From the NCBI RefSeq assembly GCF_009914755.1, contig NC_060933.1: a stretch of 64,000 nt of DNA. One strand, written 5' to 3'. Both the position numbers and the translations under genes were made by a program. Positions 29,601 through 42,400 of this stretch are shown one piece after another; the first letter of the stretch is position 1; each line of letters opens with the position of its first letter. The notes below the pieces were generated by a model, which worked only from the letters and a program-made list of their open reading frames with translations, searched no databases and was not told the origin of the DNA. This DNA comes from the human T2T-CHM13v2.0 reference genome, Homo sapiens.

Positions 29601-32600
29601 ATTACATTACACTTGGGTTGATTCCATTCCATTCCATTCCATTCCATTTCATTCCATTCCATTCCATTCCATTCCATTCCATTCCATTCCATTCCATTCC
29701 ATACCATTCCATTCCATTCCATTCCATGCCATTCCACTCGGGTTGATTCCATTCCTTTCCATTCCTTTCGAGTTGAAACCATTCCATTCCATTCCATTCC
29801 ATTCCATTCCATTCCATTGCACACGGGTTCATTCCATTCCATTCCATTCCATTCCATTTCGTTTTTTTCCATTCTATTCCGTACCATTCCATTCCATTCC
29901 ATTCCATTCCATGCCATTCCACTCGGGTTTATTCCATTCCTTTCCCTTCCATTCGGGTTCAATCCATTCCATTCCCTTCCATTCCATTCGATTCCATTCC
30001 ATTGCACTCGGGTTGATTCCATTCCATTCCATGCCATTCCATTTCATTCCATTCCATTCCATTCCATTCCATTCTATTCCGTTCCATTCCATTCAATTAC
30101 ATTCGTATTGATTCTTTTTAATTCCCTTACACTCCATTACATTCCATTCCATTCGGGTACTTTCCATTCCATTCCATTCCATTCCACTGCATTCTATTGC
30201 ACTCGGGTTGATTGATTCCATTCCATTGCATTCCATTCCATTCCATTCCCCTGAACTCGGGTGGATTCCATTCCATTCCATTCCATTCCATTCCGTTACA
30301 TTCCATTCCATTCCATTCTGTTCAGGTTAATTCCATTCCATTCCATTCCCTTCCATTCCATTCCAATCTATTCCATTCCATTCCATTCCATTCCCCTGCA
30401 CTCAGTTTGATTCCATTCCATTCCATTCCGTTCCATTCCATTCCAGTCCATTGTATTCGCATTAATTCCATTCAATTCCATTCCATTACATTCCATTGCA
30501 GTCGAGTTGATTCCATTCCATTCCATTCCATTCCATTCAAGTCCTTTCCATTCCATTCCACTCGTGTTGATTCCATTTTATTAGTTTCTATTCCATTCCA
30601 TTCCCTTCCATTCCACTCTGATTGATTCCATTCCTTTCCATTCTACTGGAATACATTCCCTTCTATTCCACTCTGATTGATTCCATTCCATTCCGTTCCA
30701 TTCCATTCCATTTCGTTCCATTCCATTCTATTCCATTCCATTCCATTCCATTCCTTTCCATTCCATTCCGTTCCATTCCATTCCATTCCATTCCATTTCT
30801 TTCCATTCCATTCTATTCCATACCATTCCATTCCATTCCGTTCCATGCCATTCCACTCGGGTTGATTCCATTGCTTTCCATTCCATTTGGGTTGAATCCA
30901 TTCCATTCTATTCCATTCCATTCCATTCCATTCCATTGCATTCCATTCCATTGCACTAGGATTGATTCCATTCCACTGCATTCCATTCCATTCCATTCCA
31001 TTCCATTCCGTTCCATTCCATTCCATTACATTCGTATTGATTGTATTCAATTCCCTTACACTCCATTACATTCCATTCCACTCGGGTTGTTTCCATTCCA
31101 TTCCATTCCATTCCACTCCATTCCATTGCAGTCGGGTTGATTCCATTCCATTCCATTCTATTCCCTTCCATTCCATTTCGTTCCATTCCATTCTATTCCA
31201 TACCATTCCATTCCAATCCATTCCATTCCACTCCATTCCATTCCATTCCATTCCATGCCATTCCACTCGGGTTGATTCCATTCCATTCCATTCCATTCGG
31301 GTTGAAACCATTCCATTCCTTTCCATTCCATTCCATTCCATTCCGGATGATTGCATTCCATTGCCTTCCATTCAATTGCATTCCCCTGCACCCGGGTTGA
31401 TTCCATTGAATTCCATTCCATTCCATTCCGTTCCATTCCATTGCATTCCATTCCATTCCATTCCATTCCATTCCATTGCATTCCATTCCATTCCATTCCG
31501 TATGATTCCATTCTATTGCATTCTATTCCATTCCATTCCCCTGCAGTCGGGTGGATTCCATTCCATTCCATTCCATTCCATTGAAATCGAGTTGATTCCA
31601 TTCCATTCCATTCCATTCCATTCCATTCCATTCCATTCTATTCGGGTTAATTCCATTCCATTCCATTCCATTCCATTCCATTCCATTCCATTCTATTAGG
31701 GTTAATTCCATTCCATTCCATTCCATTCCATTCCATTCCATTCCATTCCATTCCATTGCAATCGAGTTGATTCCATTCCATTCCATTCCATTCCATTCCA
31801 TTCAATTCCATTGAACTCGGGTTGATTCCATTCCATTCCATGCCATTCCATTTCATTCCAATCCATTGCCTTCCATTCCATTCCATTCCTCTGCACTCGG
31901 GTTGATTCCATTCCATTCGTTTCCATTCCATTCCATTCCATTCCATGCCATTCCACTCGGGTTGATTCCATTACTTTCCATTACATTCGAGTTGAATCCA
32001 TTCCATTCGATTCCATTCCATTCGATTCCATTCCATTGCTCACGGGTTCATTCCATTCCATTCCATTCCATTCCATTCCATTCCATTCCATTCCATTTCG
32101 TTCCATTCCATTCTCTTCCGTACCATTCCATTCCATTCCATTCCACTCCATTCCATGCCATTCCACTCGGGTTTATTGCATTCCTTTCCATTCCATTCGG
32201 GTTGAATTCATTCCATTACATTCCATTCCATTCCATGCCATTCCTCTCGGGTTTATTGCATTCCTTTCCATTCCATTCGGGTTGAATTCATTCCATTCCA
32301 TTCCATTCCATTCCATTCCATTCCATTCCATTACATTGCACTCGGGTTGATTCCTTCAATTCCATTCCATTTCATTCCATTCCCTTCCATTCCATTTCAT
32401 TCCATTCCATTCCATTCCCTTCCATTCCATTCCTTTCCATGCCATTCCACTCGGGTTGATTCCATTCCTTTCCATTCCATTCCAGTTGAACCCATTCCAT
32501 TCTTTTCCATTCCATTCCATTCCATTCTATTCCATTTCGTTTCATTCCATTCCATTACATTCGGATTGATTCTTTTTAATTCCCTTACACTCCATTACAT

Positions 32601-34259
32601 TCCATTCCATTCGGGTACTTTCCATTCCATTCCATTCCATTCCACTGCATTCTATTGCACTCGGGTTGATTGATTCCTTTCCATTGCATTCCATTCCATT
32701 CCATTCAATTCCGGATGATTCCATTCCATTGCATTCCATTCCATTCCATTCCGCTGCACTCGGGTTGATCCCATTCCATTGCATTCCATTCCATTCCATT
32801 CCATTCCGTTCCATTCCATTCCATTCCATTCTGTTCAGGTTAATTCCATTCCATTCCATTCCCTTCCATTCCATTCCATTCCATTCCATTCCATTCCATC
32901 CCATTGCAATCGAGTTGATTCCATTGCATTCCATTCCATTCCATTCCATTCCATTCCATTCCATTCCATTCCACTCCACTCCATGCCATTCCACTCGGGT
33001 TTATTCCATTCCTTTCCATTCCATTCGGGTTGAATCCATTCCATTCCATTCCATTCCATTCGATTCCATTACATTGCACTCGGGTTGATTCCATTGCATT
33101 CCATTCCATTACATTCCATTGCATTCCATTCCTTTCCATTCCCCTGCACTCAGGTTGATTCCATTCGATTCCTTTCCATTCCATTCCATTCGGGTTGTTT
33201 CCATTCCATTCCATTCCATTCCACTCCATTCCATTGCAAGCGGGTTGATTCCATTCCATTCCATTGCATTCCATTCCATTCCATTCCATTCCGTATGATT
33301 CCATTCCATTGCATTCCATTCCATTCCATTCCCCTGCACTCGGTTGGATTCCATTCTATTCCATTCCATTCCATTCCATTCCATTCCATTCTATTCGGGT
33401 TAATTTCATTCCATTCCAATCCATTCCCTTCCATTCCATTCCATTCCATTCCATTCCATTCCATTCCATTGAAATTGAGTTGATTCCATTCCATTCCATT
33501 CCATTCCATTCCATTCCATTCTATTCGGGTTAATTCCATTCCATTCCATTCCATTCCATTCCCTTCCATTCCATTCCATTCCATTCCATTCCATTCTATT
33601 AGGGTTAATTCCATTCCATTCCATTCCATTCCATTCCATTCCATTCCACTCCATTCCATGCCATTCCACTCGGGTTTATTCCATTCCTTTCCATTCCATT
33701 TGGGTTGAATCCATTCCATTCCATTCCATTCCATTCCATTCCATTCCATTCCATTCCATTCCATGCCTTTGCACTCGGGTTGATTCCATTCCTTTCCATT
33801 CCATTCGAATTCAACCCATTCCATTCCATTCCATTCCATTCCATTCCATTCCATTCCATTCCATTGCTCACGGGTTCATTCCATTCCATTCCATTCCATT
33901 CCATTCCATTCCATTTCGTTCCATTCCATTCTACTCCGTACCATTCCATTCCATTCCATTCCCTTCCATGCCATTTCACTCGGGTTTATTCCATTCCTTT
34001 CCATTCCATTCGGGTTGAATCCATTCCATTCCACTGCATTCCATTCCATTCCATTCCATTCCATTGCGCTCGGGTTGATTCCATTCCATTCTATGCCATT
34101 CCATTTCATTCCATTCCATTCCATTCCATTCCATTCCTTTCCATTCCATTCCTTTCCTTTCAATTCCATTCCATTAGATTCGGATTGATTCTTTTTAATT
34201 CCCTTACACTCCATTACATTCCATTCCATTCGGGTACTTTCTATTCCATTCCATTCCAT

Positions 34260-37200
34260 TCCACTGCATTCTATTGCACTCGCGTTGATTGATTCCATTC
34301 TATTGCATTCCATTCCATTCCATTCCATTCCATTCCATTCCATTCTGTTCAGTTTAATTCCATTCCATTCCATTCCCTTCCATTCCATTCCATTCCATTC
34401 CATCCCATTGCAATCGAGGTGATTCCATTGCATTCCATTCCATTCCATTCCATTGCATTCCATTCCATTCCATTCCCCTGCACTCAGATTGATTCCATTC
34501 CATTCCTTTCTATTCCATTCCGTTCCATTCCTTTCCATTCCATTCTATTTGCGTTAATTCCGTTCCATTCCATTCCATTACATTCCTTTGCAATCGAGTT
34601 GATTCCATTCCATTCCGTTCCATTCCATTCCATTCCATTCCATTCCATTCCATTCCATGCCATTCCACTCGGGTTGATTCCATTCCTTTCCATTCCATTC
34701 GAGTTGAATCCATTCCATTCCATTCCATTCCATTCGATTCCATTCCATTGCTCACGTGTTCATTCCATTCCATTCCATTCCATTCCATTCCATTTCGTTC
34801 CATTCCATTCTCTTCCGTAGTATTCCATTCCATTCCATTCCACTCCATTCCATGCCATTCCACTCGGGTTTATTCCATTCCTTTCCATTCCATTCGGGTT
34901 GAATTCATTCCATTCCATTCCATTCCATTCCATTCAATTCCATTACATTGCACTCGGGTTGATTCCATTCCATTCCATTCCATTTCAATCCATTCCCTTC
35001 CATTCCATTTCATTCCATTCCATTTCATTGCATTCCATTCGATTCCATTCCATTCCTTTCCATTCCATTCCATGCCATTCCACTCGGGTTGATACCATTC
35101 CTTTCCATTCCATTCTAGTTGAACCCATTCCATTCCATTCCATTCCATTGCATTCCATTCCATTCCATTGCACACCATTCCATTCCATTCCATTTCGTTC
35201 CATTCCATTCTATTCCTTACCGTTCCATTCCATTCCATTCCCTTCCATGCCATTTCACTCGGGTTTATTCCATTCCTTTCCATTCCATTCGGGTTGAATC
35301 CATTCCATTCCATTCCATTCCATTCCATTGAACTCGGGTTAATTCCATTCCATTCCATTCCATTCCATTCCATTCCATTCCATTCCATTCCGTTCCCTTC
35401 CATTCCATTACATTCGGATTGATTCTTTTTAATTCCCTTACACTCCATTACATTCCTTTCCATTCGGGTACTTTCCATTCCATTCCATTCCATTCCACTG
35501 CATTCTATTGCACTCGGGTTGATTGATTCCATTCCATTGCATTCCATTCCATTCCATTCCCCTGCACTCGGGTTGATCCCATTCCATTGCATTTCATTCC
35601 ATTCCATTCCATTCCATTCTGTTCCATTCCATTCCATTCCATTCTCTTCAGCTTAATTCCATTCCATTCCATTCCCTTCCATTCCGTTCCATTCCATTCC
35701 ATTCCATTCTGTTCAGGTTAATTCCATTCCATTCCATTCCCTTCCATTCATTTCCATTCCATTCCATCCCATTGCAATCTAGTTGATTCCATTGCATTCC
35801 ATTCCATTCCATTCCATTCCATTGCATTCCATTCCATTCCATTCCCCTGCACTCAGATTGATTCCATTCCATCCCATTCCATTCCATTCCGTTCCATTAC
35901 ATTCCATTCCATTCTATTCGCGTTAATTCCATTCCATTCCATTCCATTACATTCCATTGCAATCGAGTTGATTCCATTCCATTCCGTTCCATTCCATTCC
36001 ATTCCATTCCATTTCATTCCATTCTATTGTATTCTGTACCATTCCATTCCATTCCATTCCATTCCATTCCATTCCATTCCATTCCATTCCGTTCCATTCC
36101 ATTCCATTGCACTAGGTTTGATTCCATTCCACTGCATTCCATTCCATTCCATTCCGTTCCATTCCATTCCATTACATTCGGATTGATTGTATTCAATTCC
36201 CTTACACTCCATTATATTCCATTCCATTCGGGTTGTTTCCATTCCATTACATTCCATTCCACTCCATTCCATTGCACTCAGGTTGATTCCATTCCATTCC
36301 ATTCCATTCCATTCCATTTCGTTCCATTCCATTCTATTCCGTACCATTCCATTCCATTCCATTCCATTCCATTCCATGCGATTCCACTCAGGTTTATTCC
36401 ATTCCTTTCCATTCCATTCGGGTTGAATCCATTCCATTCCATTAAATTCCATTCCATTCCATTCCTTTCCATTCCATTCCTTTGCACTCGGGTTGATTCC
36501 ATTCCATTCCCTGCCATTCCATTCCATTCCATTCCATTCCATTCCACTGCATTCTATTGCACTCGGGTTGATTGATTCCATTCCATTGCATTCCATTCCA
36601 TTCCATTCCATTCCATTCCATTCCATTCTGTTCAGGTTAATTCCATTCCATTCCATTCCCTTCCATTACATTCCATTCCATTCCATCCCATTGCAATCGA
36701 GGTGATTCCATTGCATTCCATTCCATTCCATTCCATTGCATTCCATTCCATTGCATTCCCCTGCACTCAGATTGATTCCATTCCATTCCTTTCCATTCCA
36801 TTCCATTCCATTCCTTTCCATTCCATTCTATTTGCGTTAATTCCGTTCCATTCCATTCCATTACTTTCCTTTGCAATCGAGTTGATTCCATTCCATTCCG
36901 TTCCATTCCATTCCATTCCATTCCATTCCATTCCATGCCATTCCACTCGGGTTGATTCCATTCCTTTCCATTCCATTCGAGTTGAATCCATTCCATTCCA
37001 TTCTATTCCATTCGATTCCATTCCATTGCTCACGTGTTCATTCCATTCCATTCCATTCCATTCCATTTCGTTCCATTCCATTCTCTTCCGTAGTATTCCA
37101 TTCCATTCCATTCCACTCCATTCCATGCCATTCCACTCGGGTTTATTCCATTCCTTTCCATTCCATTCGGGTTGAATTCATTCCATTCCATTCCACTCCA

Positions 37201-37415
37201 TTCCATTCAATTCCATTACATTGCACTCGGGTTGATTCCATTGCATTCCATTCCATTTCAATCCATTCCCTTCCATTCCATTTCATTCCATTCCATTCCA
37301 TTCCATTCCATTCCATGCCATTCCACTCGGGTTGATTCCATTACTTTCCATTCCATTCTAGTTGAACCCATTCCATTCCATTCCATTCCATTCCATTCCA
37401 TTCCATTGCACACGG
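34260..37415 (+). repeat. Direct duplication of a ~0.9-kb block (34,260-35,175 and 36,545-37,415) ending at the inversion breakpoint
   Basis: CAATCGAGGTG, CTATTTGCGTTAATTCCG, CTCACGTGTT, CCGTAGTATTCC (34815/37088) and CTAGTTGAACCC (35115/37358) are shared in the same order. Confidence 0.85.
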
Positions 37416-37432
37416 AATGGAATGGAATGGAA
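37391..37432. other. Inversion breakpoint / strand switch within the HSat3 array
   Basis: Sequence reads ...TTCCATTCCATTCCATT-GCACACGG-AATGGAATGGAATGGAA... The + motif CATTGCACACGGGTTC is cut after GG (37414-37415), and that GG also serves as the start of GGAAT. No inserted foreign sequence. Confidence 0.95.
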
Positions 37433-38339
37433 ACAACCCGAATGGAATGGAATGTAATGGAGTGTAAGGGAATTGAATACAATCAATCCGAATGTAATGG
37501 AATGGAAGGGAACGGAATGGAATGGAATGGAATGCAGTGGAATGGAATCAAACCTAGTGCAATGGAATGGAATGGAATGGAATGGAATGGAATGGAATGG
37601 AAGGGATTGGATTCAACCCAAATGGAATGGAAAGCAATGGAATCAACCCGAGTGGAATGGCATGGAATGGAATGGAATGGAATGGAATGGAATGGTACAG
37701 AATAGAATGGAATGGAACGAAATGGAATGGAATGGAATGGAATGGAACGGAATGGAATTAACGCGAATAGAATGGAATGGAATGTAATGGAACGGAATGG
37801 AATGGAATGGGATGGAATGGAATCAATCTGAGTGCAGGGGAATGGAATGGAATGGAATGCAATGGAATGGAATGGAATGGAATGGAATGCAATGGAATCA
37901 ACTAGATTGCAATGGGATGGAATGGAATGGAATGGAATGGAAGGGAATGGAAAGAAATGGAATTAACCTGAACAGAATGGAATGGAATGGAATGGAACGG
38001 AATGGAAGGGAATGGAATGGAATGGAATTAACCTGAACAGAATGGAATAGAATGGAATGGAACGGAATGGAATGGAATGGAATGGAATGGAATGCAATGG
38101 AATGGGATCAACCCGAGTGCAGGGGAATGGAATGGAATGGATTGGAATAGAATGGATTCAACCCGAATGGAATGGAAAGGAGTGGAATAAACCCGAGTGG
38201 AATGGCATGGAATGGAGTGGAATGGAATGGAATGGAATGGAATGGAATTAACCCTAATAGAATTGAATGGAATGCAATGGAATGGAATGGAATGGAATGG
38301 AATGGAAGGGAATGGAATGGAATGGAATGGAATGGAATC

Positions 38340-39450
38340 ATTCAACCCGAGTGCAATAGAATGCAGTGGAATGGAATGGAATGGAATGGAAAGTACCCGA
38401 ATGGAATGGAATGTAATGGAGTGTAAGGGAATTAAAAAGAATCAATCCGAATGTAATGGAATGGAATTGAAAAGAAAGGAATGCAAAGGAATGGAACGGA
38501 ATGGAACGGAATGAAATGGAATGGCATAGAACGGAATGGAATCAACCCGAGCACAATGGAATGGAATGGAATGGAATGGAATGGATTCAACCCGAATGGA
38601 ATGGAAAGGAATGGAATAAACCCGAGTGAAATGGCATGGAAGGGAATGGAATGGAATGGAATGGTACGGAGTAGAATGGAATGGAACGAAATGGGATGGA
38701 ATGGAATGGAATGGAATGGAATGGAATGAACCCTTGAGCAATGGAATGGAATGGAATGGAATGGAATGGAATGGAAGGGAATGGAATGGAATGGAATGGA
38801 AGGGAATGGAATGGGTTCAATTCGAATGGAATGGAAAGGAATGGAATCAACCCGAGTGCAATGGCATGGAATGGAATGGAATGGAATGGAATGGATTCAA
38901 CCCGAATGGAATGGAAAGGAATGGAATAAACCCGAGTGGAATGGCATGGAATGGAGTGGAATGGAATGGAATGGAATGGAATGGAATGGAATGGAATTAA
39001 CCCTATTAGAATGGAATGGAATGCAATGGAATGGAATGGAATGGAATTGAATGGAAGGGAATGGAATGGAATGGAATGGAATGGAATGGAATGGAATGGA
39101 ATTAACACGAGTAGAATGGAATGGAATGGAATGGAATGGAATGGAATGGAATCAACTCGATTTCAATGGAATGGAATGGAATGGAATGGAATGGAATGGA
39201 AGGGAATGGAATGAAATTAACCCGAATAGAATGGAATGGAATGGAAAGGAATGGAATGGAATGGAATGGAATGGAATAGAATTGAATCCAACCGAGTGCA
39301 GTGGAATGGAATGCAATGGAATGGAATCATACGGAATGGAATGGAATGGAATGGAATGAAATGGAATGGAATGCAATGGAATGGAATGGAATCAACCCAA
39401 TTGCAATGGAATGGAGTGGAATGGAATGGAATGGAATGGAAACAACCCGA
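38340..39450 (-). repeat. Inverted copy of ~33,190-34,295
   Basis: GGCATAGA/TCTATGCC, TACGGAGTAG/CTACTCCGTA, AATCCAACCG/CGGTTGGATT and ATCATACGG/CCGTATGAT occur in mirrored order. Confidence 0.8.
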
Positions 39451-42400
39451 ATGGAATGGAATGTAATGGAGAGTAAGGGAATTGAATAGAATCAATACGA
39501 ATGTAATGGAATGGAATGGAACGGAATGGAATGCAATGGAATAGAATGGAATGCAATGGAATGGGATCAACCCGAGTGAAATGGAATGGAATCGAAAGGA
39601 ATGGAATGGAATGGAATGGTTTCAACCCGAATGGAATGGAAAGGAATGGAATCAACCCGAGTGGAATGGAATGGAATGGAATGAAATGGAATGGAATGGA
39701 ATGGGTTCAACTCGAATGGAAGGGAAAAGAATGGAATCAACCCGAGTGGAATGGCATGGAATGGAATGAATGGAATGGAATGGAATGGAATGGAATGGAA
39801 TGGATTCAACCCGAATGGAATGGAAGGGAATGGAATAAACCCGAGTGGAATGGCATGGAATGGAGTGGAATGGAATTGAATGGAAGGGAATGGTACGGAA
39901 TAGAATGGAATGGAACGAAATGGAATGGACTGGAATGGAATGGAATGGAATGAACCCGTGTGCAATTGAATGGAATCGAATGGAATGGAATGCAATGGAA
40001 TGGATTCAACTAGAATGGAATGGAAAGGAATGGAATCAACCCGAGTGGAATGGCATGGCATGAAATGGAATGGAATGGAATGGAAAGGATTGGTACGGAA
40101 TAGAATGGAATGGAACGAAATGGAATGGAATGGAATGGAATGGAATGGAATGGAATGGAATAGAATGGAATCCACCCGATTGCAGGGGAATGGAATGGAA
40201 TGGAATGGAATGGAATGGAATGGATTCAACCCGAATGAAATGGAAAGGAATGGAATCAACCCGAGTGGATTGGCATGGAATGGAATGGAATGGAATGGAA
40301 TGGTAGGGAATAGAATGGAATGGAACGAAATGGAATGGAATGGAATGGAATGGAATGGAATGGAATCAACCTGAGTGCAATGGAACGGAGTGGAAGGGAA
40401 TGTAATGGAACGGAAACAACACGAATGGAATGGAATGTAATGGAGTGTAAGGGAATTCAATACAATCAATCCGAATGTAATGGAATGGAATGGAACGGAA
40501 TGGAATGGAATGCAATGGAATGGAATGGAATGGAATGGAATCAAACCGAGTGCAATGGAATGGAATGGAATGGAATGGAATGGAATGGAATGGATTCAAC
40601 CCGAATGGAATAGAAAGGAATGGAATAAACCCGAGTGGAATGGCATGGAATGGAATGGAATGGAATGGAATGGTACGGAATAGAATGGAATGGAACGAAA
40701 TGGAATGGAATGGAATGGAATGGAATGGAATGGAATGGAATGGAATCAACCTGAGTGCAATGGAATGGAATGGAATGGAATGGAATGGAATGGAAACAAC
40801 CCGAATGGAATGGAATGTAATGGAGTGTAAGGAATTGAATACAATCAATCCGAATGTAATGGAATGGAATGGAACGGAATGGAATGGAATGGAATGCAGT
40901 GGAATGGAATCAAACCTAGTGCAATGGAATGGAATGGAATGGAATGGAATGGAATGGATTGGATTCAACACAAATGGAATGGAAAACAATAGAATCAACC
41001 CGAGTGGAATGGCATGGAATGGAATGGAATGGAATGGAATGGAATGGTACGGAATAGAATGGAATGGAACGAAATGGAATGGAATGGAATGGAATGGAAC
41101 GGAATGGAATGGAATCAACTCGATTGCAATGGAATGTAATGGAATGCAATGGAATTAACGCGAATAGAATGGAATGGAATGGAATGGAACGGAATGGAAT
41201 GGAATGGGATGGAATGGAATCAATCTCAGTGCTGGGGGATGGAATGGAATGGAATGCAATGGAATGGAATGTAATGGAATGGAATGCAATGGAATGGAAT
41301 GGAATGGAATGGAATGAAATGGAATGGAATGGAATGGAATGGAATGCAATGCAATCAACTCGATTGCAATGGGATGGAATGGAATGGAATGGAATGGAAT
41401 GGAAGGGAATGGAATGGAATGGAATTAACCTGAACAGAATGGAATGGAACGGAATGGAATGGAATGGAATGGAATGGAATCAACCCGATTGCAAAGGAAT
41501 GGAGTGGAATGGAATGGAATGGAATGGAAACAACCCGAATGGAATGGAATGTAATGGAGTGTAAGGGAATTGAATAGAATCAATACGAATGTAATGGAAT
41601 GGAATGGAACGGAATGGAATGCAATGGAATGGAATGCAATGCAATGGAATGGGATCAACCCGAGTGTAATGGAATGGAATCGAAAGGAATGGAATGGAAT
41701 GGAATGGTTTCAACACGAATGGAATGGAAAGGAATGGAATCATCCCGAGTGGAATGGAATGGAATGGAATGGAATGGAATGGAATGGAATGGACCCGTGT
41801 GCAATGGAATGGAATCGAATGGAATGGAATGGAATGGAATGGATTCAAGTCGAATGGAATGGAAAGGAATGGAATCAACCCGAATGGAATGGCATGGAAT
41901 GGAATGGAATGAAATGGAATGGAATGGAATGGAATGGTACGGAATAGAACGGAATGAAACGAAATGGAATGGAATGGAATGGAATGGAAAGGAATGGAAT
42001 GGAATCAACCCGAGTGCAGGGGAATGGAATGGAATGGAAGGCAATGGAATGCAATCATCCGGAATTGAATGGAATGGAATGGAATGGAATGGAATCAACT
42101 CGATTGCAATGGAATGTAATGGAATGGAATGCAATGGAATTAACCCTAATAGAATGGAATGGAATGGAATGGAAGGGAATGGAATGGAATGGAATGGAAT
42201 GGAATGGAATGGAATGGAATTAACCGGAATAGAATGCAATGGAATGGAATGGAATGGAATGGAATGGAATGGAATGAAATGGAATCAACTCGATTTCACT
42301 GGAATGGAATGGAATGCAATGGAATGGAATGGAATGGAATGGAATGAAATTAACCCGAATAGAATGGAATGGAATGGAATGGAATGGAATGGAATGGAAT

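Larger units (their letters stand above)
1..37413 (+). repeat. Satellite III (HSat3) array, CATTC orientation on + strand
   Basis: Continuous (CATTC)n with recurrent interspersed ACTCGGGTTGATT, GCAATCGAGTTG, CCGGATGATTCC and GCACACGGGTTC motifs. A pentamer plus A(C/T)TCGGGTTG decamer is the established definition of Satellite III. Confidence 0.97.

Noticed and set aside
37391-37432. Hairpin as an intrinsic terminator or transposon terminal inverted repeat
   Set aside because: There is no U-tract, target-site duplication or internal element. The stem is an automatic consequence of inverting a pentamer array.
37172-37705. ORF switching from HSIPF to MEWNG repeats, resembling a two-domain protein
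   Set aside because: It simply reads across the inversion breakpoint.
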